This document shows, in pieces, positions 1 to 12,200 of a DNA stretch of 64,000 nucleotides. The stretch is from assembly GCA_964016885.1 (NCBI GenBank), contig OZ024744.1:43152001-43216000 (forward strand), in the 5' to 3' direction. Under the pieces are notes generated by a model. The model made no database searches. It worked only from the letters and a program-made list of their open reading frames with translations, and was not told the origin of the DNA. A program made the translations under genes and the position numbers. Within the stretch, counting starts at the first letter, position 1; the number at the start of each line of letters is the position of its first letter. The DNA comes from Eledone cirrhosa (Eukaryota).

Positions 1-1419
1 TTGGCAGCAGACCAACCTGCACTCGAATCGTTGGATACTTCATCAGCCGAATTTGCGACTTGCAACCTGAAATATCTGCCCTTGTCGACTACCGACAGGC
101 AGATTCTCTGCGATGTATCTACGGATTCACCACGACCTTATGTTCCCGAGACTCACCGTCGAATTGTGTTCCTTGCTTTGCACAGCATTTCTTACCCAGG
201 ATCTTCAGCCACAGTAAAGCTCATAACGGCGAGATTTTTCTGGCCAAATATGAGGCGCGAAATTATTGCTTGGTGCCGTTCCTGCATACAGTGTCAAAAA
301 TCTAAAGTCCACAGACACATCCGGACTCCACTTGGTACTTTCAGTACTCCGGATGCTCGTTTTCGACACATCCATATCGATATCGTTGGACCTTGGCCAG
401 TCAGTAGTGGATATTCTTACCTTTTGACCTGCATTGATCGTTTTTCGCGATGGCCTGAAGCCATCTTCTTAAAGGACATTACCGCCGATACAATAGCGCG
501 TGCCCACACTTGGATTTCCCGCTATGGCGTGCCAACCACAATTACTACAGACCGTGGTAGGCAATTCGAATTACATCTTTTCTCGGAGTTAACAAAAATT
601 ATTGGCACTCAACGCATTCGGACCACATCTTATCCTGCTTCAAACGGAATTGTGGAACGTTTTCACCGCCAATTAAAGGCCGTTCTTCGTGCCTATCCAG
701 ACTCTCTACGTTGGAGCGAGTACCTTCCTATTGTGTTGTTAGGAATTCGATCTTCAATAAAGGAGGACCTTGGGTTCTCCCCGGCTGAATTATTGTATGG
801 TGCCCCTCTAGCGTTGCCTGGGCAAATGCTTGCACCTGTCGATCTTGCTAATCAAGTTCCTCTTTCCTACGTATCTCGTTTGCGCTCATATTTTCAGGAC
901 TTACCGCCTATGGATACCAGGAAACAAACTATTAAAATTGCAGTCCCGAGGGATATTGCCTCGTGGACACATGTCTTTGTTAGAGACCACGCTGTTAGAC
1001 CACCTCTCACAGAACCGTACTCTGGACCCTACCATGTGTTAGCACGTGCTGACAAACATTTTACGGTAGACATTAAGGGATCCAGAGAGACAATTTGGGT
1101 TGACAGACTGAAAAGGGCATTCACAGACGCTCATACACCTAAGCCACTAATACTCCCATCTTTCTCTATTGTACATACACCTGCTCCTTCTGTCCCACCT
1201 TCACCTACATACCAGACCACGACCCGTTCTGGTCGAAGAGTCCACTGGCCCAAAAGACTTTGTCAAACATCTGAACTGGCCACTATGGAGCCTTTTTTGT
1301 ATTGTGTATTACATGCTTTTCTTTACCTTGTTCCTAAACAGTTGAAAGTCTTCTTTAACTATAGAGTGTCTTTTTTGTGTATTGTATATGCATATACCTT
1401 TTTCATACCTTTGCCTTGA
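1..1419 (+). pseudogene. Ty3/Gypsy LTR-retrotransposon pol C-terminus (integrase), slightly decayed
   Basis: Degenerate HHCC zinc finger (H..YPG...CRSCIQCQ), rve core HIDIVGP / TTDRGRQF / NGIVERFHRQLK, GPY/F motif PYSGPYHV, terminal TRSGR. Small deletions (TTSYPASNG lacks the usual H). ORF runs off the window start. Confidence 0.93.
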
Positions 1420-1470
1420 TCCCATTCTTGCGGGTTCGCTACAATTACCTTCGGGTTGTTCGCCTATCGT

Positions 1471-1794
1471 CTGGAGGAAGGTATTGTAGTGACCCCTTGG
1501 GGCGAGAAGGAGAGTTAATGAGAGTTACGTCCCATGAAGACTATAAATTGAGAACATGAAAGTACCTCCTCTCTTACAAAGCTAGCCGTCCAGGAGTTAA
1601 GATGTAATTTTGCCTTCTCCCACTTTTCATTTTTACCACACCATGTGGAGTGAACATATTAAGAGCAACTCTCTCTCAGGCGACTTCAACTTCGGAACAG
1701 AAAACCAATAACACCATGTGGAGACTAACTTATTCTCTCACCTCGTCGCCAATTCTACAACTAATAATTGTTTCTACTTTTGGCACATTCTACA
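1471..1794 (+). mobile_element. Polypurine tract and 3' LTR of the Gypsy element
   Basis: Purine-rich GGAGGAAGG (1473-1481) precedes TGTAG at 1485. The complementary CTACA ends at 1759 and again at 1794 because of a small duplication. Confidence 0.6.
1762..1786 (-). mobile_element. 25-bp SINE/LINE 3' tail with 10-bp target-site duplication
   Basis: The minus strand reads GTGCCAAAAGTAGAAACAATTATTA, matching the SINE 3' end at about 37028-37051. Flanked by direct repeat ATTCTACAAC (1752-1761, 1787-1796). Confidence 0.6.
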
Positions 1795-2399
1795 ACAAAT
1801 AATACCAATTATACATATTATATTATTTCAAAAGGTATGTCTTTTTTCCAAGTTGTAACACGCACTCATAGCAATAAAGATGAGACACTTATAGACACAA
1901 TAAATATCAGACACATTTATTTTTAATCATAAGAAGTATGTGTTGTTCGATGTAAAAACGGTAAAATGTTATGGCATATGAAAGGTAAATGAGTGTAAAA
2001 GTGTGACGTTGACGCGGTGAAGCTCCAAACGCGAACTATGCCACAAGGAAGTCAGCAACCCAAAAGTGAGTCACATAGAATTTATGACAATAATGTAGGA
2101 TGTTTCGCAATTCAGGGACTGAAGTCGTTGCGGGATGACTGAGATAATGTATGACGACTTTGAGTGAAAGGTACAAATGAGGCGGGTGCCATACGTTTGC
2201 TACAGTAGAAACATGTAAATTTTTCGTTATGCATTGCGTATATGTAGGTATTCTAATGATTTATGTAGTTTGAAATGCTTACCATTCTGTATAGTTGTGG
2301 CTGCCAATAGAAACTGACGTTGCTTTCCTTAGACTGATTGCAGTGACATAGACCAAACATTAAGGACGCTCAAATTTCCTCAACACAAATTCTGCACCA

Positions 2400-2850
2400 A
2401 TCTCGATTGCAAAAGTAACAGAGAATAACGAATAGCGATTATTACGCCAAAAGAAAAATGCTGAAGCAACTTCTATTGCACGAGATGCAGAAAAGGAAAC
2501 ACAACGTTCGATGCGACAACAAATAAATGCTGAGGCAACTGCTGCTGCTTGAGGTGTAGAAAACGATTCTCAACCCTCACTGCGACAGAAAGCAAATATT
2601 GAGGCAACGTCTATTGCAGGAGATGCAGAGAACGAACCACAGCATTCATTACGGTGGCATAGAAATGCTGAGGCAACTTCCGCAGCTCGAGCTGCATCAA
2701 CCGAAACACAGCGTCAACTGCGGCAGCGAAGAACTGTGAGTCAACGTCTGCTGTTTGAGCTGTATCAACTGAAACACGGCGTCAACTGCGGCAACAAAGA
2801 TATGCGAATCAACGTCTGCTGCACGCGCTGGCGAATCAATGGAAAACTGG
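2400..2850 (+). repeat. 69-bp (23-aa) tandem coding repeat, STPR-like, pseudogenised (Helitron N-terminal type)
   Basis: AATGCTGARGCAAC-type motif at 2457, 2526, 2595 and 2664 (period 69), with weaker units near 2733 and 2800. Translates NAEATSIARDAEKETQRSMRQQI / NIEATSIAGDAENEPQHSLRWHR with internal stops. Confidence 0.65.
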
Positions 2851-2941
2851 CTCAACCAACCAGAGGGGAACGTGCATTTCAATACCGTGCAGCTAAAAGT
2901 GGTCACAACGTTTACAGTCGAAAAGTATGGTGTTATGAATT

Positions 2942-4670
2942 TCAAAAAGGCAGTATGTCTACAATTTGGTAATTATTGAAAGCAGCGAGGTATTTGATTG
3001 TTAGAAGACGGTTTGTGTCGCAGTGTTGATTACAGAACTTAATGTTTTGGGGTTTACCGTTTGGAGCAAATGCATAAAGGTTTCTTTTGCTTCCCACTCT
3101 GGAACATCCAACGTATAGCTGACCGTGTGAAAAGCATGGCTCTTCTAGGTTTATTCCCGCGACGGACAATGTTTGCCCCTGAGACTTATTTATCGTCATA
3201 GCGAAACTACAAGGAACTGGAAACTGGAGCCTCCTAAATGAAAAGAGGATTTCTGATGTTGACGGACAAAGGGGAATCCTTGGGATAAAAACATTTTCCC
3301 CCTTTCCACACCCCGAGAGAATCGTCGCCCCGATCAAGTTTTGCGTTAGTTTATTTACTGTAAGGCGGGTGCCGTTGCAGAGTTTTGGTGGGTGTAGATT
3401 CCTCAAAAGCATAATTGAGCATCCTTGCTTAAGTTCCAATCGATGAGATGGCAACCCGGAGAGGTTCAATGAGTTAAGAAACTCAATTGGGTAGTTAATG
3501 GGGTCTGTGACTGTATCGATGGACTTGTATGTACACGAAGCTGTAGGAAGAGACTTAAGCAGTTGTCCGTTGATTTTGTCAACAGTCTCATTTTTCGGAG
3601 CCAGTATTGCCCTCTCGCACAGCCAGTTTGGATTTTGGTAGTTAGTGCTCAACTCAGGGAATACTGCACCTGTCAAGTCGTCAGCACTCTCAACTAAAGT
3701 GCAGACCGGTGCGAGGGAGATTTTTTCATCTTCATCAAGTGGCACTTTGCCGTTCTCAAGTGTCAATAGGTTGGTAGCAAAATCTGATGACACTTGGTCA
3801 CCAAGCATCCGAGCTCTCATGTTCGTAGAGAGCGTTAATGTTGTGACATAACACCAAATCAGAGATGACTTTAAGCATGCTCGAATAGCATCAGCCATTG
3901 TTCCTTTGGGAATAACAGGAAGGGTTTGTCTAAAATCTCCGGATAAAAGGACAATCACGCTTCCCATGGGATCCTGGGAGTCTCTTATGTCTCTTAAAGT
4001 CCGGTCCAGTGCCTCCAAAGCTCGTTTATGAGCCATGGTACATTCGTCCCTAACTATAAGTTCACACCTTTTAAGCAGTTCTGCCTTTCTGATCCTTTGG
4101 TAATATTACAGCAGGGTGTGTCATTTGCTGTCATATTGAGGGGAGTTTGAAGGCTGAATGTGGTGTCCTGCCCCCAGGAAGCAAGCTTGCTGCAATACCG
4201 GAAGACGCAACAGCAAGTGTTATGTGTCTGTGTTGTCGAACCTTGGCAAGGAGAAGCCGTATGACAAAAGTCTTCCCTGTGCTTCCAGACGCGTCCAAGA
4301 AAAAGATTCCTCCCGTACGATGGTGGACACAGTCAGCAATAGTGTTATATGCTCGTTCCTGTTCCTGCAGCAGCATTGGTTCATGCTCAGTGACATATAT
4401 AGCCAATCTGTCAGTGTCGTAGGATCATTCCCGAAGTATTTCTGCGAAAATGACGTCGGAGCCTGTTCTGTTGGTTTGGGGCAGGCTATATGTCTGCAGT
4501 GCATTCCCACCCATTGCAGCAATCATATTTTCAATTTCAATAAGTGCTTTGTTGTAGATTTCATCTGTGAAGCCTACTTCCATGTCAGGAAGTTGTAATT
4601 GTGATTGATGTCTGAAGTCCTCAGAGAGGTCATCTCTGTACTTGAGCCACAAGAAGGAAGGATCGGGCAA
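2942..4670 (-). pseudogene. Helitron PIF1-family SF1 helicase, frameshifted
   Basis: Walker A FFLDASGSTGKTF, ASSGIAASLLPGGRTPHSAFKLP, GDFRQTLPV, MLLRNL..LCNGTRL, QFPV..FAMTINKSQGQT, HGQLYVGCSRV across ORFs 4425-4670, 4131-4406 and 2942-4036. Confidence 0.93.
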
Positions 4671-6227
4671 TTCACAAATCTACAGTAAGACAGCAAAAAG
4701 CTTCCTAAGGCTGTATGGCATTTGTGAAACAACTGCTTCTGCCAAAATGACATCCCACTGAGCACCATCTTCCAGTAGTCCACGCCTAAGGCAGGCCTCT
4801 CTGTACGTGTCGTCGCAAATTTGGCCATCAACAGTTCTCAGACATATTTGATTAATTTAATAGAGTTGCACCATTCAACATTTATGTGGGAGTTGAACGC
4901 CTTGAGTAGTAATGGGCAGTACGGTACAATCTATCGGTTGTCAATTTCATGTTTTCCAACCAGTGCTGTTAATCCTCCGTCCTCAGGGCTCCTTCGTCTG
5001 TATGATGGGTATCCGTCATCAGCAGTTTGAGTTTCGCGAAGGAAGGCTTTTGGGTATTTTTTGGAGCAAATACCGTTGTTCAAACACGGGGAGTTAGATT
5101 TGAAGCCACATCCACAAGGACCGTGAACCATGTGCGCCGTAACCCTGTCAAATAGGGTTTTGTCAGTTTGCGGGTTTAGGAGGTCTGCGGATATAATCTT
5201 GTCGATGTCGTCTGCTCTGATTTTTGTCGACAACCAAATAAGAATGTGAGCAAGGGGGAGTCGCCGCTTCTCCCATCCAATAGTGTACATGTAACATTGC
5301 ACACGTCCAAATACCTGGCCCTTTGTGATAAGGTCCATTAATTTGTATACTTTTAGCTCGAAGACTCTGGATGAGAGGTCATGGCGACCGCTGAGATGTT
5401 GTCCTGGAAGGAGTTCATGGGCAATTTCTTGCCACGAAGGATTGCCTGTAAAAGTAATAAATAGGTCTAGGTTGCCGTACTCGCGCACATAGGTCATCAC
5501 GTCCTGGGTTCTTGAATGCACACAACGGGGACTTCCTTCGAAGGTTGAAGGTAAAATGCAAACTTTTCCAATGTTATCTGGGTCTTCATTATTGTTCATT
5601 TCATCACGTAGGTGAATGTAATCGTCGCAGCGTAGTTTTGTCTGGTTTAATCTTATGAGGCACAGTCGTTCAGTCTCCATTTTCGGGGCCATGTCTACAG
5701 CAAATTGGTTGAATAATTGTTGTGAACGATCACACACACACTCACGCACGCAAACGCTCAGACGCACGCAAACTCACGCACGTGTGCACGTACACACACA
5801 TGTTAATAGATTTAACTCTTACTGGAACGCTGCACGAACTCACACACACGCGCACACATGTTAATTAGTTATAGCTTTCCTTCCCCTCTTCCACTGTCAT
5901 GTATCAAACACAGCGTCTGTCGCTCTCTCTCCCGCCATCCCCCTCTTGTAGTGTGTTTGTTTCTTTCACTCTCACTCTTTCTTTTTCATTTTTATAGATA
6001 TAGAGATTTTTTTCTGTGCAAAGTCGTACCTATAGTCAGTTTTATAGTTTTTTACCAATAAAAAGGAGGAGCCGATCATTCGCAATGGCGTGTCGACCTA
6101 CCCTGATAAATTTGTGGTTGATTACAAAAATAAGTTTGAAAATCTACCATGCGTATCAAATGTTGTTGCGAAACAGACACACACACACACACAGACAGAC
6201 AGATATTTTCATTTTTATATATATAGA
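2950..6227 (-). mobile_element. Helitron (rolling-circle transposon), internally deleted and decayed
   Basis: 5' end A|TCTATATATATAAAAATG on the minus strand at 6227, followed by a (CTGT)n/(GT)n tract. Rep and PIF1 fragments lie downstream in the correct order. No CTRR 3' end found. Confidence 0.88.
4931..5720 (-). pseudogene. Helitron Rep (HUH endonuclease) fragment
   Basis: ILPSTFEGSPR, DLFITFTGNPSWQEI, WEKRRLPLAHILIW (degenerate HUH), MVHGPCG..SPC..CSKKYPK, DGYPSYRRR. Confidence 0.9.
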
Positions 6228-9200
6228 TGGTGTGGTATATTGTAGTGTGGTGTTGTATATTGCAGCGTGCTGTGGTGTATTATATTGTGGTATGGTATAT
6301 TATAGTGAGGTGTGGTATATTGTAGTGTGGTGTGGTATATTGTCATGTGTTGTGGTATACTGTAGTGTAGTGTGGTATACTGCTGTCTGCCGTGTTATAC
6401 TGAAGTTGGATGCGGCATATTGTAGTGTGGTATGATATTGTGTAGTATGGTGTGGTATATTGTAGTATTGTGTAGTGTGGTGTGGTATATTGTAGTATTA
6501 TGTAGTGTGGTGTGGTATATTGTAGTGTGGTGTGCTATACTGCAGTGTGGCGTGGGATATTGTAGTTTGGTATGGTATATGGTAGTGTAGTGTGGATTAC
6601 TGCTGTGTGGTGTGGTATATTATAGTGTTGCATGGTATATCGTAGTGCATTGTGGTATAATATCGTGTGGCGGGGTATTATATAGCACAGAGCTGTGGTC
6701 TGGTATATTGTAGTGTGGTGTGGTATATTGTAGTGTGGTGTGATATATTGTAGTATGATGTGATATATTGTAGTGTGGAGTGGTATATTGTAGTGTGGTG
6801 TGGTATATAGTAGTGTGTTTTGCCATATGTTAATGTAATGAATGTTGAAGCGTGGTGTGCTATAGTGTAGTGTGGTGCGGTATATTGTAGTGTGGTGTGG
6901 TATATTGTAGTGTAGTGTGATATATTGTATTGTAGTATGATATTTGTAGTGTGGTCTGGTATATTGTAGTGTGGTCTGGTATATTTTAGTGTGGTGTGGT
7001 ATATTGTAGTGTAGTGTGATATATTGTAGTGTGGGGTGGTATAGTGTAGAGTGGAGTGATATATTGTAGTGTGGTGTAGTATATTTTAGTGTAGTTTGAT
7101 ATATTGTAGTGTGGAGTGGTATATTGTAGTCTGGTGTGGTATATTGTAGTGTGGTATGGTATAGTGTAGTGTGGTGTGGTATATTGTAGTGTGGTGTGGT
7201 ATATTGCAGTGTAGTTTGATATATTCTCGTGTGGTGTGGTATATTGCCGTGTAGTTTGATATATTGTAGTGTGGTGTGGTATATTGTAGTGTGGTGTGGT
7301 GTATTGTAGTGTGGTGTGTATATTGCAGTGTGGTGTGGTATATTGTAGTGTAGTGTGATATATTGTAGTGTGATGTGGTATATTTTAGTGTGGTGTGGTA
7401 TATTGTAGTGTGGAGTAGTATATTGTAGTGTGGTGTGGTATATTCGAGTGTGGAGGGATATCGTGTAGTATGGTGTGGTATAGTGTAGTGTGGAGTGGTA
7501 TAGTGTAGTGTGGTGTGGTATATTGTTGTGTGAAGTGGTATATTGTAGTGTGGTGTGGTATATTGTAGTTTAGTGTGATATTTTGTAGTGTGGTGTGCTA
7601 TATTGTGTGGTGTGAGATATTGTAGTGTGGAGTGGTATATTGTAGTGTGGTGTGGTATATTGTAGTGTGGTGTGGTATATTGTAGTGTGATATATTGCAG
7701 TATGGATTAGCATATTGTAGTGTGGTGTGGTATATAGTAGTCTGTTTTGCCATTTGTTAATGTAATGAATGTTGTAGCGTGGTGTGCTATAGTGTAGTGT
7801 GGTGCGGTATATTGTAGTGTAGTGTGATATATTGTAGTGTGGTCTGGTATATTGTAGTGTGGTGTGGTATATTTTAGTGTGGTGTGATATATTGTAGTGT
7901 GGGGGGGTATAGTGTAGAGTGGAGTGGTATATTATAGTGTGGTGTAGTATATTTTAGTGTAGTTTGATATATTGTAGTGTGGAGTGGTATATTGTAGTCT
8001 GGTGTGGTATGGTATAGTGTGGTGTGGTATATTGTAGTGTGGTGTGGTATATTGCAGTGTAGTTTGATATATTGTTGTGTGGTATATTGTAGTGTTGTGT
8101 GCTATAGTGTAGTGTGGTGTGGTATATTGTCGTGTGGAGTGGTATATTGCAGTGTAGTTTGATATATTGTAGTGTAGTGTGGTATATTGTAGTGTGGTGT
8201 GGTGTATTGTAGTGTGGTGTGGTATATTGCAGTGTGGTGTGGTATATTGTAGTGCGGAGTGGTATATTTTAGTGTGGTGTGGTATATTGTAGTGTGGAGC
8301 AGTATATTGTAGTGTGGTGTGGTATATTCGAGTGTGGAGGGATATAGTGTAGTATGGTGTGGTATAGTCGAGTGTGGAGGGATATAGTGTAGTATGGTGT
8401 GGTATAGTGTAGTGTGGTGTGGTATATGGTAGTGTGGAGTGGTATAGTGTAGTGTGGTGTGGTATATTGTTGTGTGAAGTGGTATATTGTAGTGTGATGT
8501 GGTATATTTTAGTGTGGTGTGGTATATTGTAGTGTGGAGTAGTATATTGTAGTGTGGTGTGGTATATTCGAGTGTGGAGGGATATCGTGTAGTATGGTGT
8601 GGTATAGTGTAGTGTGGAGTGGTATAGTGTAGTGTGGTGTGGTATATTGTTGTGTGAAGTGGTATATTGTAGTGTGGTGTGGTATATTGTAGTTTAGTGT
8701 GATATTTTGTAGTGTGGTGTGCTATATTGTGTGGTGTGAGATATTGTAGTGTGGAGTGGTATATTGTAGTGTGGTGTGGTATATTGTAGTGTGGTGTGGT
8801 ATATTGTAGTGTGATATATTGCAGTATGGATTAGCATATTGTAGTGTGGTGTGGTATATAGTAGTCTGTTTTGCCATTTGTTAATGTAATGAATGTTGTA
8901 GCGTGGTGTGCTATAGTGTAGTGTGGTGCGGTATATTGTAGTGTAGTGTGATATATTGTAGTGTGGTCTGGTATATTGTAGTGTGGTGTGGTATATTTTA
9001 GTGTGGTGTGATATATTGTAGTGTGGGGGGGTATAGTGTAGAGTGGAGTGGTATATTATAGTGTGGTGTAGTATATTTTAGTGTAGTTTGATATATTGTA
9101 GTGTGGAGTGGTATATTGTAGTCTGGTGTGGTATGGTATAGTGTGGTGTGGTATATTGTAGTGTGGTGTGGTATATTGCAGTGTAGTTTGATATATTGTT

Positions 9201-12200
9201 GTGTGGTATATTGTAGTGTTGTGTGCTATAGTGTAGTGTGGTGTGGTATATTGTCGTGTGGAGTGGTATATTGCAGTGTAGTTTGATATATTGTAGTGTA
9301 GTGTGGTATATTGTAGTGTGGTGTGGTGTATTGTAGTGTGGTGTGGTATATTGCAGTGTGGTGTGGTATATTGTAGTGCGGAGTGGTATATTTTAGTGTG
9401 GTGTGGTATATTGTAGTGTGGAGCAGTATATTGTAGTGTGGTGTGGTATATTCGAGTGTGGAGGGATATAGTGTAGTATGGTGTGGTATAGTCGAGTGTG
9501 GAGGGATATAGTGTAGTATGGTGTGGTATAGTGTAGTGTGGTGTGGTATATGGTAGTGTGGAGTGGTATAGTGTAGTGTGGTGTGGTATATTGTTGTGTG
9601 AAGTGGTATATTGTAGTGTGGTGTAGTATATTGTAGTTTAGTGTGATATGTTGTAGTGTGGTGTGCTATATTGTAGTGTGGAGTGGGATATTGTAGTGTG
9701 GTGTGGGATATTGTAGTGTGATATATTGCAGTATGGATTAGCATATTGTAGTGTGGTGTGGTATATTGTAGAGTAGTGTGGTATATTGTAGTGCGGTGTG
9801 GTATATTGTAGTGTGGCTTGATATAGTGTTGTATATTGTGGTGTGGTGTGATATATAGTAGTGTGGTGTGGTATATTGTAGTGCGGTGTGATATATTGTA
9901 GTGTGGTGGTATAGTGTAGTATGATGTGATATATTGTGTGGAGTGGTATGGTGCAGTGTTGTGTGATATATTGTAGTGTGGTATGATATAGTGAAGTACA
10001 GTGCGATATATTGTAGTGTGGAGTGGTATATTGTCGGGTGGAGTGGTATAGTGTAGTGTGGAGTGGTTTAGCGTGGTGTGGTATATTGCAGTGTAGTTTG
10101 ATATATTGTCGTGTGGTGTGCTATAGTGTAGTATGGTGTGCTATAGTGTAGTGTGGAGTGCTATATTGCAGTGTAGTTTGATATATTGTAGTGTGGTGTG
10201 GTATATTGTAGTGTGGTGTATTGTAGTGTGGTGTGGTGTGTATATTGCAGTGTGGTGTGGTATATTGTAGTGTAGTGTGATATATTGTAGTGTGGTGTAT
10301 ATTTTAGTGTGCTGTGGTATATTCGAGTGTGGAGTGGTATATTCGAGTGTAGTGTGGTATATTCGAGTGTAGTGGGATATAGTGTAGTATGGTGGGGTAT
10401 AGTGTAGTGTGGTGTGGTATATTGTAGTGTGGAGTGGTATAGTGTAGTGTGGTGTGGTATATTGTTGTGTGAAATGGTATATTGTAGTGTGGTGTGGTAT
10501 ATTGTAGTTTAGTGTGATATATTGTAGTGTGGTGTGCTATATTGTAGTGTGGTGTGGGATATTGTAGTGTGGAGTGGTATATTGTAGTGTGGTGTGGTAT
10601 ATTGTAGTGTGGTGTGGTATATTGTAGTGTGATATATTGCAGTATGGATTAGCATATTGTAGTGTGGTGTGGTATATTGTAGTGTAGTGCGGTGTGGTAT
10701 ATTGTAGTGTGGTGTGGTATATAGTAGTCTGTTTTGCCATATGTTAACGTAATGAATGTTGTAACGTGGTGTGCTATAGTGTAGTGTGGTGCGGTATATT
10801 GTAGTGTGGTGTGGTATATTGTAGTGTGGTGATATACTGTAGTATGATGTGATATATTGTAGTGTGGTGTGGTATATTGTAGTTTAGTGTGATATATTGT
10901 AGTGTAGTGTGATATATTGTAGTGTGGTCTGGTATATTGTAGTGTGGTGTGGTATATTGTAGTGTAGTGTGATATATTGTAGTGTGGTCTGGTATATTGT
11001 AGTGTGGTGTGGTATATTTTAGTGTGGTGTGGTATATTGTAGTGTAGTGTGATATATTGTAGTGTGGGGTGGTATATTATAGTGTGGTGTAGTATATTTT
11101 AGTGTAGTTTGATATTTTGTAGTGTGGAGTGGTATATTGTAGTCTGGTGTGGTATATTATAGTGTGGTGTGGTATATTGCAGTGTAGTTTGATATATTGT
11201 CGTGTGGTGTGGTATATTGTAGTGTGGTATGTTGTAGTCTTGTGTGCTATAGTGTAGTGTGGTGTGGTATATTGTCGTGTGGAGTGGTATATTGCAGTGT
11301 AGTTTGATATATTGTAGTGTGGTGTGGTATATTGTAGTGTGGTGTGGTGTGTATATTGCAGTGTAGTGTGATATATTGTAGTATGGTGTATATTTTAGTG
11401 TGGTGTGGTATATTCGAGTGTGGAGTGGTATATTCGAGTGTAGTGTGGTATATTCGAGTGTAGTGGGATATAGTGTAGTATGGTGGGGTATAGTGTAGTG
11501 TGGTGTGGTATATTGTAGTGTGGAGTGGTATAGTGTAGTGTGGTGTGGTATATTGTTGTGTGAAGTGGTATATTGTAGTGTGGTGTGGTATATTGTAGTT
11601 TAGTGTGATATATTGTAGTGTGGTGTGCTATATTGTAGTGTGGTGTGGGATATTGTAGTGTGGAGTGGTATATTGTAGTGAGGTGTGGTATATTGTAGTG
11701 TGGTGTGGTATATTGTAGTGTGATATATTGCAGTATGGATTAGCATATTGTAGTGTGGTGTGGTATATTGTAGTGTTATGTGGTATATTGTAGTGTAGTG
11801 TTGTATATTGTAGTGCGGTGTGGTATATTGTAGCGTGGTGTGGTATATTGTAGTGTGGTGTGGTATATAGTAGTGTGTTTTGCCATATGTTAATGTAATG
11901 AATGTTGTAGCGTGGTGTGCTATAGTGTAGTGTGGTGCGGTATATTGTAGTGTGGTGTGGTATATTGTAGTGTGGTGTGGTATATTGTAGTGTAGTGTGA
12001 TATATTGTAGTGTGGTCTGGTATATTGTAGTGTGGTGTGGTATATTGTAGTGTAGTGTGATATATTGTAGTGTGGGGTGGTATAGTGTAGAGTGGAGTGG
12101 TATATTATAGTGTGGTGTAGTATATTTTAGTGTAGTTTGATATATTGTAGTGTGGAGTGGTATATTGTCGTCTGGTGTGGTATATTGTAGTGTGGTATGG

